From a virus (taxonomy: Duplodnaviria > Caudoviricetes): 34,407 bases of DNA. Position 1 is the stretch's first letter; the number at the start of each line of letters is the position of its first letter. The notes below the pieces were generated by a model. The model was not told where the DNA came from, made no database searches, and was given only the letters and a program-made list of their open reading frames with translations. This document shows positions 1-7,423 of this stretch, piece by piece. Both the position numbers and the translations under genes were made by a program. The DNA is taken from positions 1 to 34,407 of the IMG/VR virus record IMGVR_UViG_3300031716_000034, one strand, 5' to 3'.

Positions 1-483
1 CAGCGAACTCCCGTTGTTCTCGCGCAGGCGAATCTTTTCCATGGCGCTCATATGCCCGGCATTCGAGTTGCACTTGCGATGCGCGAGAACCATATTGCTC
101 AGGTGGTTCGGGCCACCGTGGGCGCGTGCAACCAGATGTTCGACGGTCCGGTTTTCCTCGGTCGTCGCCTTGAAGCAGTAGAAACAATGTTCGCCGTCGC
201 GCGCCAGCAGGGCGCGTACATGGCCTTCGACGCTTTTTGGTCGCTTGGTCGCTGGTGCACCGCGCCATGCGTGGTTGCCAGCAAAGGCATTCCAGGCGTC
301 GGCAGATTCGCCGGTAAAAGTCAAACCGTCTTTTGAGTTGCGATATACGATCGAAACGCCCTTAGTCGACTTGAACCGCAGCACTTCCCATTCATTGGTG
401 GGTTGCATGATCTGAGCGCCACGCGCCGTCAAAAATTCTTCGAACGGGACGCGGCGTTTCGTGAGTTGTGCGAGAGTCGGCAT
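1..483 (-). CDS. HNH endonuclease (3' end runs off the window)
   Basis: Manual translation from ATG 483: MPTLAQLTKRRVPFEEF...LLARDGEHCFYC...TVEHLVARAHGGPNHLSNMVLAHRKCNSNAG. Absent from the ORF track because there is no stop in the window. Confidence 0.85.
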   Translation of the reverse strand, partial: MPTLAQLTKRRVPFEEFLTARGAQIMQPTNEWEVLRFKSTKGVSIVYRNSKDGLTFTGESADAWNAFAGNHAWRGAPATKRPKSVEGHVRALLARDGEHCFYCFKATTEENRTVEHLVARAHGGPNHLSNMVLAHRKCNSNAGHMSAMEKIRLRENNGSSL

Positions 484-484
484 G

Positions 485-565
485 TCAAACCCCGTGTGCT
501 GCTATCCACCCGAGCCACAGCCCGAATGCGATAGCGATTGACCAGTCGATGAGGCGAGCTTTCAT
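485..565 (-). CDS. 26-aa hydrophobic peptide
   Basis: MKARLIDWSIAIAFGLWLGWIAAHGV; fills the gap with 1-nt spacing to both neighbours; GGAG upstream. Confidence 0.55.
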   Translation of the reverse strand: MKARLIDWSIAIAFGLWLGWIAAHGV

Positions 566-566
566 G

Positions 567-767
567 TCACGCTCCAGACAGAAAATCGATAAACGCGTCG
601 ATAAACGGCTGCTTGAGGATCAGGATCAGCAGCGTGATGACCGTGCAGAGTCCCGCAAGAAAGCACAGGACGCCGATGTACCGGTTGCTCTGTTGCCATT
701 CTTCGAGCGTCGCGGGCGGTCTATCGAGTTTGTCCCGCCACTGTCTGCGGCGATGCAGGGTGACCAT
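567..767 (-). CDS. Small single-TM hypothetical protein
   Basis: Hydrophobic YIGVLCFLAGLCTVITLLILIL segment; co-oriented in the operon; ATG 767 chosen. Confidence 0.65.
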   Translation of the reverse strand: MVTLHRRRQWRDKLDRPPATLEEWQQSNRYIGVLCFLAGLCTVITLLILILKQPFIDAFIDFLSGA

Positions 768-774
768 GGCTTTC

Positions 775-1155
775 TCAGATGAATTCACCGACATCGGTTG
801 GCTCGTCGGCCGACGGACCCTCGATTGCCTGGACGGTCGGCGGTTCTTCGATCAGGCGTGCGTCGCCTTCGACTTCGCTCGGCTGCACACGGCACTTTTC
901 CTTGAACTCGGCTTCGGTCAGGTGCAAGGCGAACTTCGCGCTATCGACGCGCTTAAGTTCGATTTCGACGTTGTCGACTTCGCGGACGAACTCCACACCT
1001 TCAAGGCTTTCAGGCTTCTTGAATTCGTTTCCGTAGATGTATGGAGCCGTGATCGGCGTCGATTCAGTGAGCAGCGCGTAGGCACGCATTGCGGTCTCGG
1101 GGTTTTCGAATGCGAGTTTCGTGTAGCCAATGGTGATGATGTATTTCTGATTCAT
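775..1155 (-). CDS. Hypothetical early protein (acidic)
   Basis: GGAG-accacc-ATG at 1155 (MNQKYIITIG...). Confidence 0.75.
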   Translation of the reverse strand: MNQKYIITIGYTKLAFENPETAMRAYALLTESTPITAPYIYGNEFKKPESLEGVEFVREVDNVEIELKRVDSAKFALHLTEAEFKEKCRVQPSEVEGDARLIEEPPTVQAIEGPSADEPTDVGEFI

Positions 1156-1187
1156 GGTGGTCTCCAGAAGAAGGAATTGCTTTTGAA

Positions 1188-1256
1188 TTACGCGCCCCGG
1201 ATGAAAGCGAGCAGGGCGCCAAGGATCACGATGTAGGCGACGGTCGCGGCAATCAT
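1188..1256 (-). CDS. 22-aa hydrophobic peptide
   Basis: MIAATVAYIVILGALLAFIRGA; ATGA overlap with the upstream stop; GAGG RBS. Confidence 0.55.
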   Translation of the reverse strand: MIAATVAYIVILGALLAFIRGA

Positions 1257-1564
1257 GATTGGCCTCGCGCTTTGGCGATTGCGGCGCGGGCCTTAGCCAT
1301 GTCACTGCTGCCCTCGGTGTATTCCCACTGCTCAATGTTCGGCCGCTCATCGTCTTTCAAGGTGCTGTAGTACTCGATGCGCTTGACCATCGTTTGCAGC
1401 GCTTCGAGCAGATCGGGCGCGGCGTCACGCTTCGCGCGCTCCATCCACGCGTCTCTGCAAATCTCGATACGCGCTGTCGACCAGTAGGGCTTGCCCTTGC
1501 GGTATTCCTCGACCCATTGCCCGAACGCTTCGGCTTCGGTCGGCGTATGCTTTATCTCGCTCAT
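1253..1564 (-). CDS. Phage early hypothetical protein (KHTP...AAPDLLEAL...ARAAIAKA type)
   Basis: Recurrent phage early-gene motif; TAATG coupling to the upstream gene. Confidence 0.8.
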   Translation of the reverse strand: MSEIKHTPTEAEAFGQWVEEYRKGKPYWSTARIEICRDAWMERAKRDAAPDLLEALQTMVKRIEYYSTLKDDERPNIEQWEYTEGSSDMAKARAAIAKARGQS

Positions 1565-1857
1565 TACCAACCTCCCGTGCCGTCTTGACCATGCGATGTG
1601 GTCGATTCGAACAGCGCTTGCTCGTGTTCAATCTCGTGGCGCAACCAGTCCGGATGATTCGGATTGTGTTCACCGATTCGCGCCTGAAATGCTGCGTTCT
1701 GGCCCGTGCGTTTCTCCTGCTTCTTCGCTTTGCAGGACTTCGAGCAGAACAGACCCCAGCCGCGTTTGACATCCGCCTTGCGTGCCATGAATGGCTTTCT
1801 GCACCACTTGCACTTGCGCTCGACCATCTCCGGCGGCGGGTATTGTTTGTCGCTCAC
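1564..1857 (-). CDS. Zn-ribbon protein (CxxC...FCSxxC)
   Basis: CKWCRKPF...RGWGLFCSKSC; GAGG RBS before GTG 1857. Confidence 0.75.
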   Translation of the reverse strand: MSDKQYPPPEMVERKCKWCRKPFMARKADVKRGWGLFCSKSCKAKKQEKRTGQNAAFQARIGEHNPNHPDWLRHEIEHEQALFESTTSHGQDGTGGW

Positions 1858-1864
1858 GATTGCC

Positions 1865-2041
1865 TCACTGAACCGTAATCCGCGAATAGTCCACAGAGCC
1901 CGCATACCGGCTCACTCCGTTGACCATCAGGTATTCGTCGTATTTGCTGCAGCCGAAGATGCAGACGTGCTGCACGTGCTCGCGGCTCTTTTCGAGCAGC
2001 CCGCGCGGGGCACAGCCGAGGTGGGTTTCTTCGATTAGCAT
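1865..2041 (-). CDS. Hypothetical protein
   Basis: GAGGAG RBS before ATG 2041; tight operon packing. Confidence 0.55.
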   Translation of the reverse strand: MLIEETHLGCAPRGLLEKSREHVQHVCIFGCSKYDEYLMVNGVSRYAGSVDYSRITVQ

Positions 2042-2042
2042 T

Positions 2043-2267
2043 TCATTTCTCCTCGATCGCTTCGCCGCGGACATTTACTGCCTTCTTTCCGTGGTAGCGC
2101 AGGAACTCAGGGCCGACAGTCACTTGACTTACGTGGGCACCGGAATGGTCGATAACGACTCGAAACTCAGTGGTGAACTCGTTCGATTGCTTGCGAACTT
2201 GACGTGCCAACTCGTCGATCAATTGGTGGATATTCGCGGCGATCTTTCCGCTTTTTTGGACGTCCAT
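2043..2267 (-). CDS. Hypothetical protein
   Basis: GGAG RBS; 1-nt gaps to neighbours. Confidence 0.7.
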   Translation of the reverse strand: MDVQKSGKIAANIHQLIDELARQVRKQSNEFTTEFRVVIDHSGAHVSQVTVGPEFLRYHGKKAVNVRGEAIEEK

Positions 2268-2268
2268 T

Positions 2269-2643
2269 TCAATGCTCCCACTGCGACAGCTCGCGATCGA
2301 TGCGACGCATCCACTCGTATGCCATCGTCTCGCTGTCCTGCTCGATGTAGAGATCGATCAGCGCCTTCACATAGAGGCCAAGCCGGTGGAAATCGTTGGC
2401 CTTCAGGGCTTCCGCAACCAGCGATGCGCTACCCCCTTCGGTGATGCTCTGCATGCCCGCAACGACATCGATCGGCGCCATTTCCGCCATGCGCTTCACG
2501 ACAAGCTCCTGCGTGCGGGCCGCGATCAGCTCGTCGCGTGAGGCTTCAGCGTCGATAGCAGCGTCAAGTCGGGCTCTCGCGCGGTCGGATGCGAACTCGG
2601 CCATCGCGGTCGCCTGCTTCGCACAATAAAGAACGGTGGCCAT
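2269..2643 (-). CDS. Hypothetical helical protein
   Basis: GGAG RBS; operon packing. Confidence 0.75.
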   Translation of the reverse strand: MATVLYCAKQATAMAEFASDRARARLDAAIDAEASRDELIAARTQELVVKRMAEMAPIDVVAGMQSITEGGSASLVAEALKANDFHRLGLYVKALIDLYIEQDSETMAYEWMRRIDRELSQWEH

Positions 2644-2646
2644 GAT

Positions 2647-3510
2647 TTACTCCGCGGCGATCATCTTCGAGAACAACTCGTGCGCGCTGGTTTGCAGGGC
2701 GAGAACCGTAGGTTCGAGCTTCGCCCGTGCGGCAGCCCGTGCGGCAGCCCGTGCGGCATCCCATGCGGCAGCCCGTGCGGCATCCCATGCGGCAGCCCGT
2801 GCGGCATCCCAAGCGGCAGCCCCTGCGGCAGCCCGTGCGGCATCCCATGCGGCAGCCCCTGCGGCAGCCCGTGCGGCATCCCATGCGGCAGCCCGTGCGG
2901 CATCCCATGCGGCATCCCATGCGGCAGCCCGTGCGGCATCCCATGCGGCAGCCCGTGCGGCATCCCATGCGGCAGCCCCTGCGGCAGCCCGTGCGGCATC
3001 CCATGCGGCATCCCATGCGGCATCCCCTGCGGCATCCCATGCGGCATCCCATGCGGCATCCCCTGCGGCAGCCGCATCTTTACGGGCCGCGTCGAGCTTC
3101 GGCTGTGCCGCGGCGAGATCAACGGTGCAGGTGATGGGCGGCAACGCCTTGAGCGTTTCTGCGTGATGCGCGAGGCCCGGATTCAGCGCGAGCCATGCGA
3201 CGGTGTGGACGCGAATCAGCCAGTCCATCGCCATCCAGCCGCGCTTCTGCGAGAGTTCGGCGCCTTTATTCGTGCCAGGCAGGCGTGCGATGTACTGCTT
3301 GAGCTGCGCGCGTTCCGTATCGGAGCGCATGCCGTCATTCCACGACATGCCGAATCGCGCGAGAACCGGATCAACGCACTTCGGGCTATCGCTGAACGGC
3401 TCGCCCGAGAAAAGCGCGGTGGCTTCGAGCAGGCACATCCCTTCATCGGGTCCGTGGTGCTTGCCGTGGCTCAGGGTGATCGTCGGCAGGTCTTCGAGCG
3501 TCAGCTTCAT
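2647..3510 (-). CDS. First PL-operon gene: His/Cys-containing N-domain plus AAWD/AARA tetrapeptide repeat
   Basis: GAGG-aacgac-ATG at 3510; N-domain GKHH...CLLEA...SDSPKC...WND; 29 tetrapeptide repeats. Confidence 0.85.
   Translation of the reverse strand: MKLTLEDLPTITLSHGKHHGPDEGMCLLEATALFSGEPFSDSPKCVDPVLARFGMSWNDGMRSDTERAQLKQYIARLPGTNKGAELSQKRGWMAMDWLIRVHTVAWLALNPGLAHHAETLKALPPITCTVDLAAAQPKLDAARKDAAAAGDAAWDAAWDAAGDAAWDAAWDAARAAAGAAAWDAARAAAWDAARAAAWDAAWDAARAAAWDAARAAAGAAAWDAARAAAGAAAWDAARAAAWDAARAAAWDAARAAARAAARAKLEPTVLALQTSAHELFSKMIAAE
2722..3069 (-). repeat. 29 x 12-bp tandem repeat, GCC GCA (T/C/G)GG G(A/C)T
   Basis: Counted units: 13 AAWD, 11 AARA, 3 AAGA, 2 AAGD. Confidence 0.95.
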
Positions 3511-3551
3511 GTCGTTCCTCACAGGTGGCGGGTGGTGGTGCTGTGAGGAGA

Positions 3552-3579
3552 ATTATAGGCACTTCGATATCGCTGTCAA
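3552..3579 (-). promoter_or_regulatory. PL-like sigma70 promoter
   Basis: Minus strand TTGACA-N16-TATAAT with both hexamers at consensus. Confidence 0.85.
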
Positions 3580-3592
3580 TAGGAAAATCTAT
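3555..3592. promoter_or_regulatory. Two OL-like operators
   Basis: ATAGG-cact-TCGAT (3555-3568) and ATAGG-aaaa-TCTAT (3579-3592), 24 bp apart, overlapping PL; same motif as the OR sites. Confidence 0.8.
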
Positions 3593-3602
3593 AAGTGAGG
3601 AC

Positions 3603-3627
3603 AAAAAAATCCCCGCCGAAGCGGGGA
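3603..3627 (-). terminator. Intrinsic terminator ending the cI operon
   Basis: Minus strand TCCCCGC-TTCG-GCGGGGA-TTTTTTT. Confidence 0.9.
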
Positions 3628-3652
3628 GGCCGATGAACATGGAGTTGAAGTC

Positions 3653-3949
3653 TTAGCCAGCGGGGCGCCGACACTCCACCATCATCGTTCGCTCCATCGT
3701 AGAGCCGCCTGCAAACCCATTGGAGCCGCCCCCAATCACTGTGGCAGGTTCGCCGTTGCGATCCAGAACGACATAGCCGCGCTCGCCGCAGAGTTCACCG
3801 GCTTTCGCGAGGCATTTGTCCCAGCCGCGCGCCAGGCCGCTGCAATTGAGCGTATAGGCTTTCTGGCCGTCCGGGGCGTAGCTTTCGTGAACAGTCGCGC
3901 ACGCGGCGAGCAGGCACGCGCCGGCGCATATAGCAAATGCTGATCTCAT
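3653..3949 (-). CDS. Small Cys-rich lipoprotein in the cI operon (candidate superinfection exclusion)
   Basis: MRSAFAICAGACLLAA|C lipobox; four further Cys; GGGGG RBS. Confidence 0.75.
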   Translation of the reverse strand: MRSAFAICAGACLLAACATVHESYAPDGQKAYTLNCSGLARGWDKCLAKAGELCGERGYVVLDRNGEPATVIGGGSNGFAGGSTMERTMMVECRRPAG

Positions 3950-4128
3950 TGTTTCCCCCGTGACGGCTTGGTCGTTTGCGACGCCGCGAGTAACGCCGCA
4001 TTCAGTAGCATCTTGACGTGTTCGAGCTGGCGCTGTTTTGCTTCGCACGCGGCGCATACCCCTTTAGCCGCTGGCGAATTCGTCGACTCGGTGACAAGTC
4101 TGAGTGGTTTTTGTTGCCTGACAGTCAT
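3946..4128 (-). CDS. 60-aa hypothetical protein with CxxC
   Basis: AAGGGG RBS; ATGA overlap with the lipoprotein gene. Confidence 0.5.
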   Translation of the reverse strand: MTVRQQKPLRLVTESTNSPAAKGVCAACEAKQRQLEHVKMLLNAALLAASQTTKPSRGKQ

Positions 4129-4234
4129 GATTTAAAAGTCCCCTTAGGTTCATGGGAATTGGCGTCGGCGGGTCGCTGTTACCGGCCCTACGTTCGCCAC
4201 AGATATCTCCATGAGAGGGTCCGATGTTCGGCAT

Positions 4235-4711
4235 TTATTTCACCTTTTTATGAGTCTTTGCGACGGGGACAGATTGAAGGGTGAACCCAACACCGGCGAT
4301 GGTCATCTCCCGGACCACGCCCCCTTCACGGTCGGCATCAACTAGCTTGTCGATTAAGTTCCGCATCTCGCTGGAGACGTCTATTAGGTCTTCTGCAAGC
4401 AATCTAACTCGCATTTCTCTAGCCGAATCCAGGGAAAGAGGTAGATCAAGTGCATTATTCGGGGATTTGACATTTCCCCCTTCGGCTGCTTGTGGGGCTG
4501 GTTGTCCGCGCCCCGTTTTCAGCCACCTCACATCTACCGAATAGAGGGTCGCAAGCTCCACAAGGCTTGTCGTCCCCTTCGTGTTGTCGTTCTCCAGGTC
4601 CGAAAGCGTCGGCTGCGACAAGCCAACTGACTTTGCCGCTACAGCCTGCGTCAGCTTCGAGTTCCGCCGCGCCCATCTAAGTCGGGCGCCCAAGGTGTCT
4701 AGTTTGTCCAT
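4235..4711 (-). CDS. cI: CI-like XRE HTH repressor without a recognisable S24 peptidase domain
   Basis: TLGARLRWARRNSKLTQAVAAKSVGLSQPTLSDLEND HTH; divergent from cro. Start 4711 (possibly leaderless) or 4729. Confidence 0.85.
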   Translation of the reverse strand: MDKLDTLGARLRWARRNSKLTQAVAAKSVGLSQPTLSDLENDNTKGTTSLVELATLYSVDVRWLKTGRGQPAPQAAEGGNVKSPNNALDLPLSLDSAREMRVRLLAEDLIDVSSEMRNLIDKLVDADREGGVVREMTIAGVGFTLQSVPVAKTHKKVK

Positions 4712-4774
4712 ATAGGAATTCTTATACATTTTTGCATAGGTGTTCCGATTGCATTCCTATATCGAATCGTCTAT
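4712..4774. promoter_or_regulatory. Three OR-like operators
   Basis: ATAGG-aatt-CTTAT (4712-4725), ATAGG-tgtt-CCGAT (4736-4749), ATCGA-atcg-TCTAT (4761-4774); 24-25 bp spacing. Confidence 0.8.
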
Positions 4775-4777
4775 ATT
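4749..4777 (+). promoter_or_regulatory. PR-like promoter
   Basis: TTGCAT-N17-TATATT upstream of cro, overlapped by operators. Confidence 0.75.
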
Positions 4778-4806
4778 TGGAGGCACGAAACCCTATTGCC
4801 GAGACC

Positions 4807-5022
4807 ATGGAAACAATCCTTCAAATCGACGTACCCGACGTGCAACAACTGGTGCAAAAGCTCCTTGCCTCAGGCTGCACTCAGAAATCGATCGCTCGGC
4901 GTCTGGGTTGCAGTCAGGCCAACATCTCTGACATTGCGACCGGCAAGGTTGGCAAAGACAACCCGTCGTATTGGCTTGTCCGCGGTCTAGAGATGCTGGT
5001 TCGGGAAATACCGACCGCTTGA
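4807..5022 (+). CDS. cro: Cro-like HTH protein
   Basis: GCTQKSIARRLGCSQANISDIATG HTH; first gene after PR. Confidence 0.8.
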   Translation: METILQIDVPDVQQLVQKLLASGCTQKSIARRLGCSQANISDIATGKVGKDNPSYWLVRGLEMLVREIPTA

Positions 5023-5077
5023 CCAACGACAACGGAACCGCCATGACCAAATCTCAAGAGCAACAGCAGGCCGCCGC

Positions 5078-5317
5078 ATGAGATCCGCTAACGTCGGCCG
5101 CCGCGCCGAATATCGCAACGAAGTCAAGACGCGTCTGCGCGACGTTGCTTACGACGCGTTGCAGACCTGGAAAGCCCTGCATGGCATCGACAGCGACTCC
5201 GCAGCGCTCGCCCGCCTCACCGAACTGATGCTGTTCGGCGCAGTAGGGACTTTGCCTCCGCAGCTCGTTAGCGTCAGTGCCGAGTTGGGCCAGAACGGCC
5301 CACAGGTGCGCGTATGA
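5078..5317 (+). CDS. Small putative regulator at the cII position
   Basis: Position after cro; EVKTRLRD...DSAALARL resembles a ribbon-helix-helix pattern. Confidence 0.6.
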   Translation: MRSANVGRRAEYRNEVKTRLRDVAYDALQTWKALHGIDSDSAALARLTELMLFGAVGTLPPQLVSVSAELGQNGPQVRV

Positions 5318-5529
5318 GTGAAGAGAAAGTGGAGCAACCTGTGCGACTGCCGGTGGCAGAAGCCGCTGATCTCGCTTTGCGCGCGGCTGCGCAGGGTGTC
5401 GCTGTGCCAGACTATCTCGGGATGCATGTGCTGCGCAGCGCTTATGGCGTTCTGCACCCGGCTGCGATCGAGCTCGAAAAGCGTCCCACAACGGGACAAA
5501 CGGGGGCGGATGATGATCGCGACGCCTGA
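5314..5529 (+). CDS. Small hypothetical, possibly RHH protein
   Basis: ATGA overlap; VRLPVAEAADLALRAAAQGVAVPDYL pattern. Confidence 0.6.
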   Translation: MSEEKVEQPVRLPVAEAADLALRAAAQGVAVPDYLGMHVLRSAYGVLHPAAIELEKRPTTGQTGADDDRDA

Positions 5530-6577
5530 ACTTCCAAATCCTCTTACGCCGGCCGATTGCGATCTACGCGATTTCCAGTACATGCCGCTGGACGTGCAGC
5601 GCCTATGTGACAGTGATCTTGCCGCCCTCGAACCGCCTGAGGCTTGCTGGTCGGCTCTGTTGCTATGGAGCAAGGCCTGGCATCAGGTGCCCGCCGCATC
5701 GCTTCCTGACGATGATCGAGTCCTTGCCAAATTCACCGGCTATCAGCGCGCGCCAGCCGCGTGGCTGGCGATCCGCGAAGGTGCTTTGCGTGGCTGGATC
5801 AAATGTTCGGATGGCCGCCTCTATCACCCTGTCGTTGCCGAGAAAGCGAATGAAGCGTGGTTCGCGAAGCATCGTCAGGCGCACGACAAACTGTGCGAGC
5901 GCATGCGCAAACGCAACAAGGCGCGCGGTGAATCCGGACTCGTTCCGCTGGAAGTACCGGAACTTGATCGATGGATTGATATGGGTCGTCCGTTGGAACG
6001 CGCTTTGTTTCCTTCGGAATTTAGTAGTGCTTCCGGTGGAAATTCCAAGACTTCCGAAGGAACGACGAAGGAATTCCACCGGAACGACGGCGAAATTCCG
6101 CCGGAAAATGCTCTTAAGGGAAGGGAGAGGGAAGGGAAGGGAGAGGGAAATATAAAAACCATAGGTGATATCAGCGCCAGTGGTACACCTCGCGCGCGCC
6201 CAGCCGAAATTTCCGCAGTCATGCGCAAGCACGGCATCGAAGCGCAGCCCGCTGATCCCCGAATCATTGCCGCATCTGACGCCGGCTATTCCGTCGAGAC
6301 GATCGATGCTGCCTGCTCCGAAGCCAAGTCCGCAAAGCCGAACGAGCGCATCTCACCGCTCTACGTGCTTCGGATCGCCGAGCGATGGACGGCTGAAGCT
6401 GCGTCTCCGCGCGCCACACCGACCGCTCGTGCATCGCCAAGCCAGCACCGCAGCTACCACGACGATCGCGCTGACGTCATCGCGCAACTTACCGGCCGCA
6501 AGCCTGCCCACGAAACCGTCAACGAAGGAGTGGTCGATGTCGACGCTCGAGATGTCCCAAGACGATTGGGAGCCTGA
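5510..6577 (+). CDS. Replication initiator (DUF1376/YdaU-like, lambda O analogue)
   Basis: PLTPADCDLRDFQYMPLDVQRL...WHQVPAASLPDDD...DGRLYHPVVAEKA motifs; internal iterons. Confidence 0.8.
   Translation: MMIATPELPNPLTPADCDLRDFQYMPLDVQRLCDSDLAALEPPEACWSALLLWSKAWHQVPAASLPDDDRVLAKFTGYQRAPAAWLAIREGALRGWIKCSDGRLYHPVVAEKANEAWFAKHRQAHDKLCERMRKRNKARGESGLVPLEVPELDRWIDMGRPLERALFPSEFSSASGGNSKTSEGTTKEFHRNDGEIPPENALKGREREGKGEGNIKTIGDISASGTPRARPAEISAVMRKHGIEAQPADPRIIAASDAGYSVETIDAACSEAKSAKPNERISPLYVLRIAERWTAEAASPRATPTARASPSQHRSYHDDRADVIAQLTGRKPAHETVNEGVVDVDARDVPRRLGA
6009..6158. promoter_or_regulatory. Replication origin: five palindromic iterons plus a purine/A-rich tract
   Basis: TTCC-N3-GGAA at 6009, 6031, 6052, 6074, 6096 (21-22 bp period), then AAGGGAAGGGAGAGGGAAGGGAAGGGAGAGGGAAATATAAAAA. 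Confidence 0.75.
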
Positions 6578-7178
6578 TCCGAAGTGGCCGGTCACGGCCA
6601 TTCCGCAACGCTGGGTCGAGGCGCTTTTCTCGGCGATGGCTGCGACGTACGGCGTGCGCTTTGCGGACCTGTGGCGCGGCACGAAGGTTTCAGACGTCAA
6701 GCGCAATTGGGGCGTCGAGATCGCGAAACTGTCGTCCGCTCAGATGCGGGCGGGCCGCGAATCGCTGACCGATCTTGAGCGGCCACCGACGCTGCCCGAG
6801 TTCATGGCGCATTGCCGCCGAGCCCGAGTGGAGACCGCAGCAGCCGAGACGCCCAAGCTTGAGCATGTGCCCGCGATGACGGCAGAGCAGGCCGCGAAGA
6901 ATCTCGAAGTCCTCAACCGGGCAGTTGGCCGGATGCAGCGTGCCGAGGCGTCAGCGGAGTGGGCATTTCGACTGGTGATGCGTGGAAAAACCGATTCCGG
7001 CAAACCGCTGCCGTTTAACGTCGCGCGCGCGGCAACCGACGCGATTACCTCAAGCGCCGGCCGCAAGTTCGTCGATGAATGCACCGACGCGGAAATGAAA
7101 TCCGAATACGCCGCCATGCGACAAACCATTGTCGACAACTACCGCATGCGCGGACAGAAGCTTTGGGAGACGCGATGA
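6537..7178 (+). CDS. Lambda P-like replication protein (putative helicase loader)
   Basis: AAGGAG RBS; LFSAMAATYGVRFADLW...PPTLPEFMAHCR; directly after the initiator. Confidence 0.65.
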   Translation: MSTLEMSQDDWEPDPKWPVTAIPQRWVEALFSAMAATYGVRFADLWRGTKVSDVKRNWGVEIAKLSSAQMRAGRESLTDLERPPTLPEFMAHCRRARVETAAAETPKLEHVPAMTAEQAAKNLEVLNRAVGRMQRAEASAEWAFRLVMRGKTDSGKPLPFNVARAATDAITSSAGRKFVDECTDAEMKSEYAAMRQTIVDNYRMRGQKLWETR

Positions 7179-7423
7179 AAATCGACCGCCAATTGCCTCG
7201 GTATGACTTCGAGCTGCATATGTTTCTTCTCAACCAGCACATCTATCCACAACCACCTGCCAAAGGTTTAGCCGGGTGCCCAGTTTGTAAGGGCAAAGGA
7301 ATCGTTCGTGGGGTGATCTGCAATTGCTGGGAGGTCTATGTCGAAGGCGGCGATTTTTCGAGCGCTCCGAATTCTCTGACGGAATTGGCCGCCAATGAAT
7401 GGCGGAACGAGTGGGAACTATGA
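7175..7423 (+). CDS. Hypothetical Zn-finger protein (CxxCxGxG)
   Basis: ATGA overlap; CPVCKGKG...CNC. Confidence 0.6.
   Translation: MKIDRQLPRYDFELHMFLLNQHIYPQPPAKGLAGCPVCKGKGIVRGVICNCWEVYVEGGDFSSAPNSLTELAANEWRNEWEL

Noticed and set aside
2722-3069. CRISPR array or DGR repeat
   Set aside because: Tandem units with no unique spacers; no cas or reverse transcriptase gene; variation is not adenine-specific.
2564-3546. Alternative-frame repeat ORFs (GCRM, PHGM, CGSP, MRQP, AASH)
   Set aside because: The 12-bp unit has no stop in any frame. Only 2647-3510 (-) has an RBS, a promoter and non-repeat domains.
4064-4234. 56-codon minus-strand ORF starting right after the cI stop
   Set aside because: Overlaps the 3946-4128 ORF and has no recognisable features, so it cannot be supported.
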